Virus genome (UHGV): UHGV-0200858
Source of the DNA: a virus
Length of the DNA: 36,291 bases
Reading direction: 5' to 3' (one strand)
The notes under the pieces were generated by a model that was given only the letters and a program-made list of their open reading frames with translations, was not told the origin of the DNA and did not search any database. Shown one piece after another: positions 18,035 through 27,364 of the stretch. Positions within the stretch are counted from its first letter, which is position 1. The number at the start of each line of letters is the position of its first letter. Position numbers and translations under genes: made by a program.

Positions 18035-21000
18035 TCATTTACAGGATTTAATAGCCGCAAGTTCAGCTTTAACAGCTTTCAACTCTTCGTTCATCGCATC
18101 ATACTTAGTCGTTAATTCCTGAAAGGCTTTCACGAAAAGAGCATTGATACTAGAAACAGAAATAGTTTTAATTTCTCCTGGATTTTCGGTATCTCCATCG
18201 CTGCAAACGTGCACAGCTTCCGGCATAACTTTTTCCACATCTTGAGCAATGACACCTAATTCGCGTCCAACCACTGTATCATCAGAAAGTGATTTAACTT
18301 TATCGTAGGAATATACGGTTAAGCTGTTTAATTTATCCAGCGCACCTTCTTCCAATTCTTCCTTGTTGATCTTAAGACGTTCATCAGATCGAATATGCAC
18401 ATCGTTAAAGCTACCGTTACCCGGCGTGTAAAAGAACCCATCGTGATGGAACTCAAATACAGCTTGAGGGTGTCCGTTATCAGGTGAGTTTTCCGCAGAT
18501 CCAACACGAATAATTGCTTGTCCCCAATTGTTAGGGATACGACGCATACCAAAATCGACGGCAGTTGTATACCCTTGATTGGTGATTAAACTTCTTGCTT
18601 TAACAATCGGATAATAACAGTCTTGTCCAACATAGCCATGATCGACGAATATTGGCGCTTCCACTCGCCACTGATTACCCCAATCACCTGGTTGACTAGC
18701 GGTCCAACGTTCACCATGAACATATAATCGAGCGTTATTAACATGAACCATTTCGACGCCTTTTGGACTTAATGCAATATCCCCAGCGTTCGTAAGATTT
18801 ATCGCGGCATTAGTAGCATAGCTATAGAACGCTAATCCATTATCACCACCGCCTTTACCAATATACCAGTTGTTGTTGTCAGCACACGTACCCAACAAAT
18901 ATACAGACGAATCACCACTTTCGGCATTCATGATAATTGCATCAGATCCGCGATTAATTTTAAGTTTACCAAAGAAGGAGTTTTTAATGGTATTATCACC
19001 CAATCGTTCAAATTCTGCGAAAAATCCTTTTGAGTCACGAAGACTTAAAACGTTATTTCGACCTGTATTGCTTGCCCCCCAATGGACGAGTTCCATATAG
19101 TCCATAGATTGACGAGAACCAGCTTTAAAGAAAAGATTGTCCTCAAGACGAGTGCTACCATCAATCCCCAGATGTAAACACCGAGCGGTTTCAGTACCAC
19201 CTAAATATAATCCACCGTCCGCAAAATCATAGCTGAATGGTCTGCGATTATTCCAACTACCAAAAGAATCTTTTAAATCGGTAGTAAGAATATGGAAGCT
19301 AGAACCATCATTGCGTAACATCAAACCATAGTTACCGCCTTTGACAGCCAAACGAGCATTTTCAGACAATGCGACTTCGCTATTCATTACAATTTTCTGG
19401 CCTTTACCACCAGTAATATGTAATTCACCATCTTCAATCAGGTTTATCGAGTTTTGACCGTTATCGTTCCACCAAATAAAATCTTTGGTCTGCGCATCAC
19501 CGAAGCCAAACCAACCATTACGAACATCTGTACCAGTTCGATAATCAAAGAAGTTTAAGTGGCATGATTCGTTTGGACCACGACGAAAATCAATTGCTGA
19601 GTTTCCACCTAAACCGCCATCAATGGTCATTCTACGAATATGCAAACCGGACGATGCCGAAAGCAATAATTGTTGGTTAACATCTTCATAACCAGTTGCA
19701 AGGCGATATGACTGATCATCAACAGTTTCATGCCAGATTGTAGCTGGTGCAGAACTACGGAAGCGACGCAACATTTTCTTAGCATTTGTTTGTTGTTCGT
19801 TCAAATGCTCAATGTCATATTGGCCTTGATGGTTTCCGCCAAAATTTAACGTCCCACGGTTGCTAAAGTTATTAAACGATGAAATGTTAAGAGCATCAAA
19901 AATTTCATCTGCAACAGGTTTTTCACCGCCCAGGTATTCAGGAGTATCCAACAGGTTTAAAGAAACACCACCGGAAGAAACTTGATATTCTGCTAAAACA
20001 AATCCTGTATGTGCACCATAGTAAGCGTAAAGATCGTAATTATCACCATCGGTAGGAATTGCGCAAAAATATTGTTCGTAATACCAAATGCTATAATAAG
20101 CATTGAATACAACACCTTTCGGGCTATTGTTGCCGCAACGGATCACCAGTTCAATAACATTGGCTTGTCCATTCTGTCCGACGTTATAACCGTTACCACC
20201 CACTAAACGGATCTTAGCCGTACGACCGTGTTGTTGTGGCATTGTCAAAGTGCCTAGTTTAAACCAACCGCCCTCGACCCCAAAATTAAGCGTCTTCTGG
20301 AAAAGTCGGTCAATTTCTGCTTTCGAATATGCGCCAATTTCGGCAGGAGTAGGTTTATCACCCTCGTGATACATGCGGTGAGAATATGCCAAATGACCCA
20401 ATTCATCATAGCCGTATGTTCTTACAGTAGCATGTGGATTAGACCCATAAGTGAACTCGAAGCCACGAGCATGATTAACACCGGATGGATGTGGAACATG
20501 CAAGATCATAGCAATATGATCAGCTAGATCATTGGTACGGAATGCACCAAAGTAATCAAGATTACGCGCACTTGGATCATCAAAATAGTTTGCGGTCTTA
20601 GACAGCAAATAACCATCAGTGTAAGTGTTTACGTGTTTTTTGATGTACTTACCGTCACTCGATCCGTCGGCTGCATCAATACGGCTTTCTAAGCGCGCCA
20701 GTTCAGAATCAGTGTAAGACTTGTTATTGTCAACTTTGCTATGAATTGCCGTATTTTTGGCTTCAACATCACGGGTTAATGCTGCGACGTTATCCGCTGC
20801 CTCTTGCTTATTGGCTGCAATCACACCAGTAAGGTTATTGTAAGTGTCGGTTAATTGATTTTCCGCATAAGTTTTATTATCAGCGATAGTGCGATCAGTC
20901 TCGGCCTTAATCAAATCAACTTTGTCATTGATTGCTTTGTCATTGATTGCGATGGTTGCATCAGTACGGGATTTAATATCATCAACTTTTTTATTGATGC

Positions 21001-21463
21001 GGGTGTCCAGTTCCTGAGTTGCTACAGCAGCCGCATTTTTATTAGCGGTGATGGTATCGGATAATTCAGATTTAACACCAGCCAGTTCGGAAGCTGCTTT
21101 ATTTTTATTGGCTTCGATTGTCGCGTCGGTTTCGCGTTTAATTACATCAACTTTATTGTTAATTTCTGCGTGGTTGTTGGCAATAGTAGAATCGGTAGTT
21201 TGTTTAATTTCATCTACTTTAGCGTGAATATTGCGGTCGTTTACTGCAATTGTGCTATCTAATTCTTGTTTGTTAGCATCAACTTTAGATTCTAGTGCCG
21301 CGTGAGTTTCAGGAGAAACAGAGATTTGAACTACTTCATGATCTCGGTCTTTGGTGAAAATAACATGGTCTTTAAGGTTGATTGCTACCTCACCGACCTG
21401 TAATTGTTCCGGCGTTGGTTTTTTGCCAGAAACACTAGTTCGTTTAAATTGGATTGATTGCAT
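18035..21463 (-). CDS. side (L-shaped-type) tail fiber with C-terminal S74-family intramolecular chaperone domain (1142 aa)
   Basis: N-terminal tail-fiber anchor-like motif (KKPTPEQLQVGEVAIN), tandem about 22 aa repeats (xVDxIKxxTDxTIAxN), C-terminal SDERLKINKEE ... LGVIAQDVEKVMPEAV motif characteristic of self-cleaving intramolecular chaperone domains of endosialidases and T5 pb1. Confidence 0.75.
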   Translation of the reverse strand: MQSIQFKRTSVSGKKPTPEQLQVGEVAINLKDHVIFTKDRDHEVVQISVSPETHAALESKVDANKQELDSTIAVNDRNIHAKVDEIKQTTDSTIANNHAEINNKVDVIKRETDATIEANKNKAASELAGVKSELSDTITANKNAAAVATQELDTRINKKVDDIKSRTDATIAINDKAINDKVDLIKAETDRTIADNKTYAENQLTDTYNNLTGVIAANKQEAADNVAALTRDVEAKNTAIHSKVDNNKSYTDSELARLESRIDAADGSSDGKYIKKHVNTYTDGYLLSKTANYFDDPSARNLDYFGAFRTNDLADHIAMILHVPHPSGVNHARGFEFTYGSNPHATVRTYGYDELGHLAYSHRMYHEGDKPTPAEIGAYSKAEIDRLFQKTLNFGVEGGWFKLGTLTMPQQHGRTAKIRLVGGNGYNVGQNGQANVIELVIRCGNNSPKGVVFNAYYSIWYYEQYFCAIPTDGDNYDLYAYYGAHTGFVLAEYQVSSGGVSLNLLDTPEYLGGEKPVADEIFDALNISSFNNFSNRGTLNFGGNHQGQYDIEHLNEQQTNAKKMLRRFRSSAPATIWHETVDDQSYRLATGYEDVNQQLLLSASSGLHIRRMTIDGGLGGNSAIDFRRGPNESCHLNFFDYRTGTDVRNGWFGFGDAQTKDFIWWNDNGQNSINLIEDGELHITGGKGQKIVMNSEVALSENARLAVKGGNYGLMLRNDGSSFHILTTDLKDSFGSWNNRRPFSYDFADGGLYLGGTETARCLHLGIDGSTRLEDNLFFKAGSRQSMDYMELVHWGASNTGRNNVLSLRDSKGFFAEFERLGDNTIKNSFFGKLKINRGSDAIIMNAESGDSSVYLLGTCADNNNWYIGKGGGDNGLAFYSYATNAAINLTNAGDIALSPKGVEMVHVNNARLYVHGERWTASQPGDWGNQWRVEAPIFVDHGYVGQDCYYPIVKARSLITNQGYTTAVDFGMRRIPNNWGQAIIRVGSAENSPDNGHPQAVFEFHHDGFFYTPGNGSFNDVHIRSDERLKINKEELEEGALDKLNSLTVYSYDKVKSLSDDTVVGRELGVIAQDVEKVMPEAVHVCSDGDTENPGEIKTISVSSINALFVKAFQELTTKYDAMNEELKAVKAELAAIKSCK
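20684..21301 (-). repeat. in-frame tandem coding repeats in the tail fiber N-terminal shaft (approx)
   Basis: Protein shows 8 or more consecutive repeats of the pattern N-K-x-x-x-D-x-x-I-x-x-K-V-D-x-I-K-x-x-T-D-x-T-I; corresponding DNA shows repeated GCGATGGT / GTTGATTTG-type units. Confidence 0.6.
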
Positions 21464-21536
21464 CTAATCACCTCACATAAAACAGGAATAAGGGAGGCGT
21501 TAACCTCCCCGCGTCATGTTTTATTTAGCGAAGCAA

Positions 21537-22370
21537 TTAATATTCACCGAAGTCGATCCGGTCATGGATAGAAACGGCTTCAATCTCGGCTGGTGTCGGT
21601 TTTTCTTCTGTGGAATACACTTTCACCCATCCCGAATTACCGTCTTTCTGGACTGTGCGAACTCGTAAACGTGGTGCGCCGGAAGCGGTGCAAGTTAATT
21701 GCCATCCACCATCTTCATTAGGTTGAACGTGAATTAGTGAAGTATCAGCACTAAATGGATTAGATGCGCTCGATCCCTGATAAGTTACGAAACGGTTTCC
21801 GGCTAATGCTTCGCTATCAATCGGACCTGTGAATGGATGTACACCAGCACCCAAACCAAAATCACCTTGACGTAAGATCCGGCCTTCGGTGGCAATACCA
21901 CGGTCGAGAATCCCACCATCAGGATCTAATTTAAATTCGATGGTAGTAACTTTGTTATCGCTACCACGGGTTTTGTGTGATGTGACGTATGCATCAAAAA
22001 TGACGTAGTATCCTGTGTTAGCAGCACTGTAACCAGAGTTCACAACATAGAACATACGGAAGCGTAAAGGAGTTTTATCATTCACCGCTTTCATCAACAT
22101 GTCTTGATGTTCATCATCCAGAACACGGTTTAACGTGAGTGTCGTCGGTTCCAGTTTACGATAACCAGCAAGTTTCCCCGTAGCGTCCTGATCATACTCT
22201 TCTAACGTCTGGATCTCTGTGGATTCGGTGATCGTAGGGAATGCTGCGATGTTCTCGATAGGACTAAATGCAGGATCGAAAAAGTCCGGCTGGTTATCCA
22301 CCATAGTAGACACGGAGACTTCAACATGCGACCCCGTGAAAATGTCTAAGTTATCTTGTGTAATATTCAT
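21537..22370 (-). CDS. virion structural protein (277 aa), fiber- or neck-associated
   Basis: Located between head-completion genes and tail fiber; shares a KPTPAEI(E/G)A motif with the tail fiber; Gly-rich beta-like composition. Confidence 0.4.
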   Translation of the reverse strand: MNITQDNLDIFTGSHVEVSVSTMVDNQPDFFDPAFSPIENIAAFPTITESTEIQTLEEYDQDATGKLAGYRKLEPTTLTLNRVLDDEHQDMLMKAVNDKTPLRFRMFYVVNSGYSAANTGYYVIFDAYVTSHKTRGSDNKVTTIEFKLDPDGGILDRGIATEGRILRQGDFGLGAGVHPFTGPIDSEALAGNRFVTYQGSSASNPFSADTSLIHVQPNEDGGWQLTCTASGAPRLRVRTVQKDGNSGWVKVYSTEEKPTPAEIEAVSIHDRIDFGEY

Positions 22371-22379
22371 TATTACCCC

Positions 22380-22808
22380 TTAAAAACGCGCTAGATAAGA
22401 AAATTTAAGGCTAAGTGTCCCAACGATACCACCATCACTAGAATCATCGTCATAATCGGTATTAGAAGCTACTGGAGTGATATCTGAAATAGAGAAGCCC
22501 AAATCTTTAAAACGTGGATTATCCGGCTGAATCTGGATTATCTGGCAAATACCCTCATGAATTTTGGTTTCATGATTCTGAGAATACAACTGCATTTCGA
22601 TAACGCATTCAGCTTGCATTGCATTACCACCACGGACCCTAGTGTAAGTCTCATTCATGCCAGTAATCCAACACACCACGTCATCACTAAAGCCTTGCTG
22701 AGTTTGTTCTACGTTTAAAGCCAGACCTAGATCTTGTTCGATAATATCCTGTAAAGCACGTTTAATCTTAAGACGTGGCATATTATTAACGGTAGCGAGC
22801 ATGAGCAC
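22380..22808 (-). CDS. head-tail joining / tail completion protein (by position)
   Basis: 142 aa ORF in the head-to-tail junction region; overlaps upstream gene by about 20 nt; synteny only. Confidence 0.35.
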   Translation of the reverse strand: MLMLATVNNMPRLKIKRALQDIIEQDLGLALNVEQTQQGFSDDVVCWITGMNETYTRVRGGNAMQAECVIEMQLYSQNHETKIHEGICQIIQIQPDNPRFKDLGFSISDITPVASNTDYDDDSSDGGIVGTLSLKFSYLARF

Positions 22809-23076
22809 CCCCTGCTAAAGTGATAAAGCAATCACTGGTATTGTCACCATTGCGCTTAACGTATTGAACTTTGAAACGCTGGTTTTCTACAATGACAACA
22901 TCACCTTGCTTTAAATCTCCCTCACGACAGAATAAGAATTCTGTTTCTGTCATTACCCCTTGTTCGTCGGTAGTAGTAATTTCATGGTAAGCACGAATTG
23001 ATTTACCACCTTCCACCACAAAAACAGGAGCACTCTTAAACATTCGATTTAATTGTGATTCTGATAATTTGAACAT
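22786..23076 (-). CDS. head completion / connector protein (by position)
   Basis: 96 aa ORF directly downstream of capsid gene terminator; synteny only. Confidence 0.35.
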   Translation of the reverse strand: MFKLSESQLNRMFKSAPVFVVEGGKSIRAYHEITTTDEQGVMTETEFLFCREGDLKQGDVVIVENQRFKVQYVKRNGDNTSDCFITLAGGAHARYR

Positions 23077-23106
23077 AGTTACCCCCTTTTATGGAGTATT
23101 TACATA

Positions 23107-23133
23107 CAAAAAAGCCCCACCGTTAGGCAGGGC
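23107..23133 (-). terminator. rho-independent terminator downstream of capsid gene (approx)
   Basis: On minus strand GCCCUGCC UAAC GGUGGGGC hairpin (with G-U pairs) followed by UUUUUU. Confidence 0.5.
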
Positions 23134-23226
23134 TAATTATTATTTTGCTTTCGGCGGGCGACCCGCCTTTTTAGCTGTGGCTTTCACCGTAACTACCGGA
23201 ATTTCTTCCGGCAATTCTTCGTTATT

Positions 23227-25230
23227 TCATTCAGCGCCAATCTGAAGAACTTTCAGAGCTTCCGGCTGAGTAACAACATAATCCAGATCTACCCAGATAC
23301 GCGGAACGATAGCAGACTGTGCACGGTAGGTAGTGTCGTCCATATCCAATTCCAGACCGCCCCACTCACCGATAGTGATGCCGGAGAAGTCACCCAGAAC
23401 GATGTGATCTGCCGGAATAACACCAGAAGTAACTACTTCGTAACCAGCCAGTTTGCCGTTTTCGATGATATAACCGGAAACGCCGTTATCTTTCAGGGTA
23501 GATTCCAGTTCGGCAGCAGTTGCACCGCTCATCGCAAACTTGATCGCCTGAGCAGGAACGCCAGCGTCGGTCAGTTTAGCAATTTCTTTCAGGAAATCTT
23601 TGTAAGAGAAAGCAGCTTTCTTCTCAACGCGGCTAGCGTCTACCAGTTGTTTAACCAGACCAGCCGGACCACGAGCGTTATCTTTATCAGACAGAATCAG
23701 TTGTTCCAGTTTGATGCGAACAGCCTGGTTGATGTGATCAGTGATCAGGGTAGCGATACCCGGAACGGTTTTAATGCTCTGACGGCTGATCGGGTTGCCA
23801 CCAGCAAAAGTCTTAGGAGACAGTTTCACGTTTGCAAATTCAGCTTTGCCTTCCGGTGCAGCACCGTTTTCATCAACGAAGCCGAAAGCGTCAACGCTGG
23901 ATTTAGTCATTTTTGGAATAGCGGTCGGAGCAGTCAAGCCACTATAAACAGTCACACCCAGACGACCCAGAACGGATTCCGGCATCAGCATTTCGATGTA
24001 GGATTCAGTCAGCAGTTTTTCGTCGGTGATAGCAGTCAGGTCAGCTTTGGTGTTACCAGCAGCAGCAGCACGCATAGCAGCAGCCGGAACGAATACAGAG
24101 CCACCGCGAGCAGCACGACCACGCTGCATAGTTGCAGTAGCAGCCATTGCGGAAAATTCAGCTTCGTTAGCACCCAGAGCAGCACCATCTACCAGAGAGC
24201 GAATTACGTTGTTCAGGTCAAAAGTTTTTTCCATTTTAGAGTCCTTAATTTGTTCGTTATTACGTTGAGCATTGGTAATGTTATTTAGTGCCTTAGTGCG
24301 GAATGCTTCCGGCGTCATATCTTTAACTGCCAATGCGCGTTTTAATTCTTCGTCGTCAATATTTAGTTCGCGTGCAATTTCGCGAATTTCTAATTCGTCT
24401 TCTTCGGAACGTTCAGCCACTTCAATTTTTTCTTCTTCAACCGGAGCAGCTTCACGTTCTTCTGTCATTTCTTCTTCTTCCCGAACAGTTCCACGATCAT
24501 CATCAGAACTTTCAGAATGTTCAGCGTCTTTTCCGTCTTCGAGATTTTCATTTTCTTCATTCTCTTCAACTTGGCGCTCTTGAGTTTCTTCTACTTCCGG
24601 TTCTTTATTTTCTTCTACCGGAGTTTCTTCAACCTGAGCGACTTCTTTTTCTTCGTCTTTAACTTGTTCGATTTGTTCTTTAGTCATATCGCGTTTAGCC
24701 TCCAAATTAACTGTGATAGTATTTAGAGAGCGATTTAGACCGACAGAATCGTCTGCGGGCACAGACACCCATGAAATCTCATGAGGAATCCACTTAGTAA
24801 CAATCAATTGTCCTTTAGCGTAATCGATGTGATATTCTTTAATGTCATAACCGACAGAAATTTTTTCCATCGTACCTTCAATGACTTTATTACGAATATC
24901 ATTAGCCAAAGTACCATGCTTAGAGAATTTAACAGTAGCACGGCCTACTTTATCCGCATCGATTCGAGCGTTACAGACAACACCAATGTGATTATCGAAA
25001 TTATGATTGAACAGCAACGGAGCGTTATTATTCAGGCGAGACAGATCAACCGCTTCCGGTGTATGTACCAGAATTTCATCTAATACCACCATCTCTTGAT
25101 TTTGCTCATCCCAGAATTGGCGCTGGTAAGGCTGTTCACTGGAGAAAGCAATTTCAAATTCGTATTGATCGTTATGCCCTTCGTTAATAACTCCACCGTA
25201 ACCGTTAAGATCGCGGCGAAATTTAAGCAT
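23227..25230 (-). CDS. prohead protease - scaffold - major capsid protein fusion (HK97-fold), 667 aa
   Basis: N-terminal about 170 aa resembles HK97-type prohead protease (LLFNHNFDNHIGVV ... ISWVSVPADDSVG); central highly acidic E-rich segment typical of scaffold/delta domain; C-terminal about 330 aa has the composition of an HK97-fold capsid protein. Confidence 0.75.
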   Translation of the reverse strand: MLKFRRDLNGYGGVINEGHNDQYEFEIAFSSEQPYQRQFWDEQNQEMVVLDEILVHTPEAVDLSRLNNNAPLLFNHNFDNHIGVVCNARIDADKVGRATVKFSKHGTLANDIRNKVIEGTMEKISVGYDIKEYHIDYAKGQLIVTKWIPHEISWVSVPADDSVGLNRSLNTITVNLEAKRDMTKEQIEQVKDEEKEVAQVEETPVEENKEPEVEETQERQVEENEENENLEDGKDAEHSESSDDDRGTVREEEEMTEEREAAPVEEEKIEVAERSEEDELEIREIARELNIDDEELKRALAVKDMTPEAFRTKALNNITNAQRNNEQIKDSKMEKTFDLNNVIRSLVDGAALGANEAEFSAMAATATMQRGRAARGGSVFVPAAAMRAAAAGNTKADLTAITDEKLLTESYIEMLMPESVLGRLGVTVYSGLTAPTAIPKMTKSSVDAFGFVDENGAAPEGKAEFANVKLSPKTFAGGNPISRQSIKTVPGIATLITDHINQAVRIKLEQLILSDKDNARGPAGLVKQLVDASRVEKKAAFSYKDFLKEIAKLTDAGVPAQAIKFAMSGATAAELESTLKDNGVSGYIIENGKLAGYEVVTSGVIPADHIVLGDFSGITIGEWGGLELDMDDTTYRAQSAIVPRIWVDLDYVVTQPEALKVLQIGAE

Positions 25231-25275
25231 TTAATCACCTTTAATTAATTGGGGGCATTGCGCCCCCGTTGGTTA

Positions 25276-26787
25276 TTAGGGATCGGCTGGGGAATTTTTT
25301 TCTTCACCCTCGCCATTAACGATAATATTTAGTGCGCTCTTTTCGGCTTGAATCTCTGAGAATACTTTTTCAGGATCATCACCACGTTCAAGAATAACAG
25401 CAGTACGTGATTTAAGACCATTTTGAATTAAAGCAATCTCGGCGTTTACGTCTTTAATAGGATCGACGGATTCAAAACGCGGACGAATAATAGTAGTGTT
25501 ATCGATAATATGAGGAATTGCAGTAATACGAATCGGAACAATACCACGCGCGGAATAATGGCGTAGATATGCTTCGAAAATTGGCAATACCACTGTTTCA
25601 ATTAATTTGTTTTGCAGTGCTTTAATGCGGTTACGCTGAGTTAATTCACCAAAACGTGCGGCTGAGTAGTTGATCTGTGAACAATCTCCTGTTAAGCCCT
25701 GTTTGAACACGCCTAAGCCCATTGATACGCTAGTGAACATCGCATCATTGAAGCTGTTAAAGTCATCGCCATTTTGCGATGATTGAATGCTCTTGATTGT
25801 TGCCCCTTCCGGCAATTCCTGAATAGTACCAGGTGCAAAGTCCTGTACTACTTCCGGCGCTTGATATTGTTCATCCTCTTCACCAGTATCAAAATCGTCA
25901 CCAGAATCTTTAGGACGTTCGATAAAGCCCATAGAACTAGCCGCAATACGTTTCTGGACGATCGCGGTTTCGCGGAACGCTTCTTGATGCGCAATATCCT
26001 TAATCACTGGCAGGAAGTCAGTCACACCACGTAAACTTTCCGCGCACAGTGGCTGGTAGTAGTGGCACACCTGAGAAGCATCTACGCGATAATTTTCGCC
26101 AGTGTAGGTCTGAGTCAGTAGATTGATTTTTCTAAACCAGTATGCTACAGGGCGCATTGTGTCTACGTCATACTCAATCCCCTGATAGATCGCACGTTCT
26201 TTGCTTATTTCACGACTAAGCGACCAGTCGCACCTATCAGCAGACAGAATAGAAACTTGTAACTCATTGTTCTCTTTGGTTAAAACGATGAAGCATTCTC
26301 CACCCTGAACACGTTCAGATTCTGCCATTGCCAGCATTTCACGGAAGTTAAAGCGACCGTTGCGAGAGAAGCGTTTAGCACTCTGCGCCCACTTCCAGAA
26401 AGCATTCTCGATCTGCTTATTCAGTGCGGTGTCAAGTTTGCCATTTGATTTAACGATTGATGGTTTCGGATCAAGCCCCGTACCAACAACTTGGTCAACG
26501 ATATACTGCTTGTATCGCTTACCTACAGCATTGTTTATAGCCAGAGTACGACCCTGATCATAAAGGCGCTTACCGTTCGATTTGAGAGCCTTATTGAAGG
26601 TTCCTGTAATGGTGTCTTGTTGAAGCTGTCCATCAATGCGATCACCGACTAAGCCCAAAGAACGCTTAGACAAATCTTTCTGGAATTTTTCTACTTGTTT
26701 GTCGATAAAGATTTTTTGTTGTTGCTGGCGGTGATTAGTTTTAACTGGAGTTTCTACCGCCTTTTTGCGTCGAAAAAGATTAAACAT
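25276..26787 (-). CDS. portal protein (503 aa)
   Basis: Size and position between terminase and capsid genes; basic N-terminus, acidic stretch (DDFDTGEEDEQ); synteny-based. Confidence 0.7.
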   Translation of the reverse strand: MFNLFRRKKAVETPVKTNHRQQQQKIFIDKQVEKFQKDLSKRSLGLVGDRIDGQLQQDTITGTFNKALKSNGKRLYDQGRTLAINNAVGKRYKQYIVDQVVGTGLDPKPSIVKSNGKLDTALNKQIENAFWKWAQSAKRFSRNGRFNFREMLAMAESERVQGGECFIVLTKENNELQVSILSADRCDWSLSREISKERAIYQGIEYDVDTMRPVAYWFRKINLLTQTYTGENYRVDASQVCHYYQPLCAESLRGVTDFLPVIKDIAHQEAFRETAIVQKRIAASSMGFIERPKDSGDDFDTGEEDEQYQAPEVVQDFAPGTIQELPEGATIKSIQSSQNGDDFNSFNDAMFTSVSMGLGVFKQGLTGDCSQINYSAARFGELTQRNRIKALQNKLIETVVLPIFEAYLRHYSARGIVPIRITAIPHIIDNTTIIRPRFESVDPIKDVNAEIALIQNGLKSRTAVILERGDDPEKVFSEIQAEKSALNIIVNGEGEEKNSPADP

Positions 26788-26797
26788 GATTTACCCC

Positions 26798-27292
26798 TTA
26801 TCGCGTAAGACGTAATTTGATATTTTTAATAGGGCTAATTCCCTGTTTACGTCGTTCGGCTTGAATTACTTTAGATAACTGACGTTCATAATCGACTTTT
26901 AGAGTCTGGAGAACACCCAATGACTCATAGGCGAAAGTATTCCCTTTCACGGTCATTGCAGATAATGCGGCTTCGTCCCCAGATAAACGGGCGAAAATAA
27001 CTTGCTCGATTAAGGCGATAGTTTCCCGCAGATATTCTTTTTTGGATTGTTTGGCGAATACTGGCAAAACAGTTAATTCCTGCATTGACACCAGTTCATC
27101 ATCCAAAGTTATTACGATGGTATATTTACCCTCGGCAAAATCTAAGGTTTTAATCTCGTGATTAGCCGGAGAATCATCAACCTGATAAATGATACCTTTA
27201 TTATTTCCTACCTGAATTGTTACACCCTCTTCATTCGCCAGCGTGATTTTTTCGCCTTTACGAATTACTAAGGGAATTAGTTCTAAACTCAT
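26798..27292 (-). CDS. hypothetical protein between terminase and portal (164 aa)
   Basis: ORF with SD; unusual position; no recognisable motif. Confidence 0.4.
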   Translation of the reverse strand: MSLELIPLVIRKGEKITLANEEGVTIQVGNNKGIIYQVDDSPANHEIKTLDFAEGKYTIVITLDDELVSMQELTVLPVFAKQSKKEYLRETIALIEQVIFARLSGDEAALSAMTVKGNTFAYESLGVLQTLKVDYERQLSKVIQAERRKQGISPIKNIKLRLTR

Positions 27293-27364
27293 AATTACCC
27301 CTTATTTAATTGTTATTGGATTAACAATATTTAGGAGTAAGCCGCCCCGAAGGACGGCGAGTTA

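Noticed and set aside
23404-25083. Long antisense ORFs (23404..24288, 24026..24268, 24272..24583, 24333..24662, 24517..24726, 24781..25083)
   Set aside because: Antisense to the capsid fusion gene; Ser/Phe/Leu-rich low-complexity products generated by the GAA-rich sense strand
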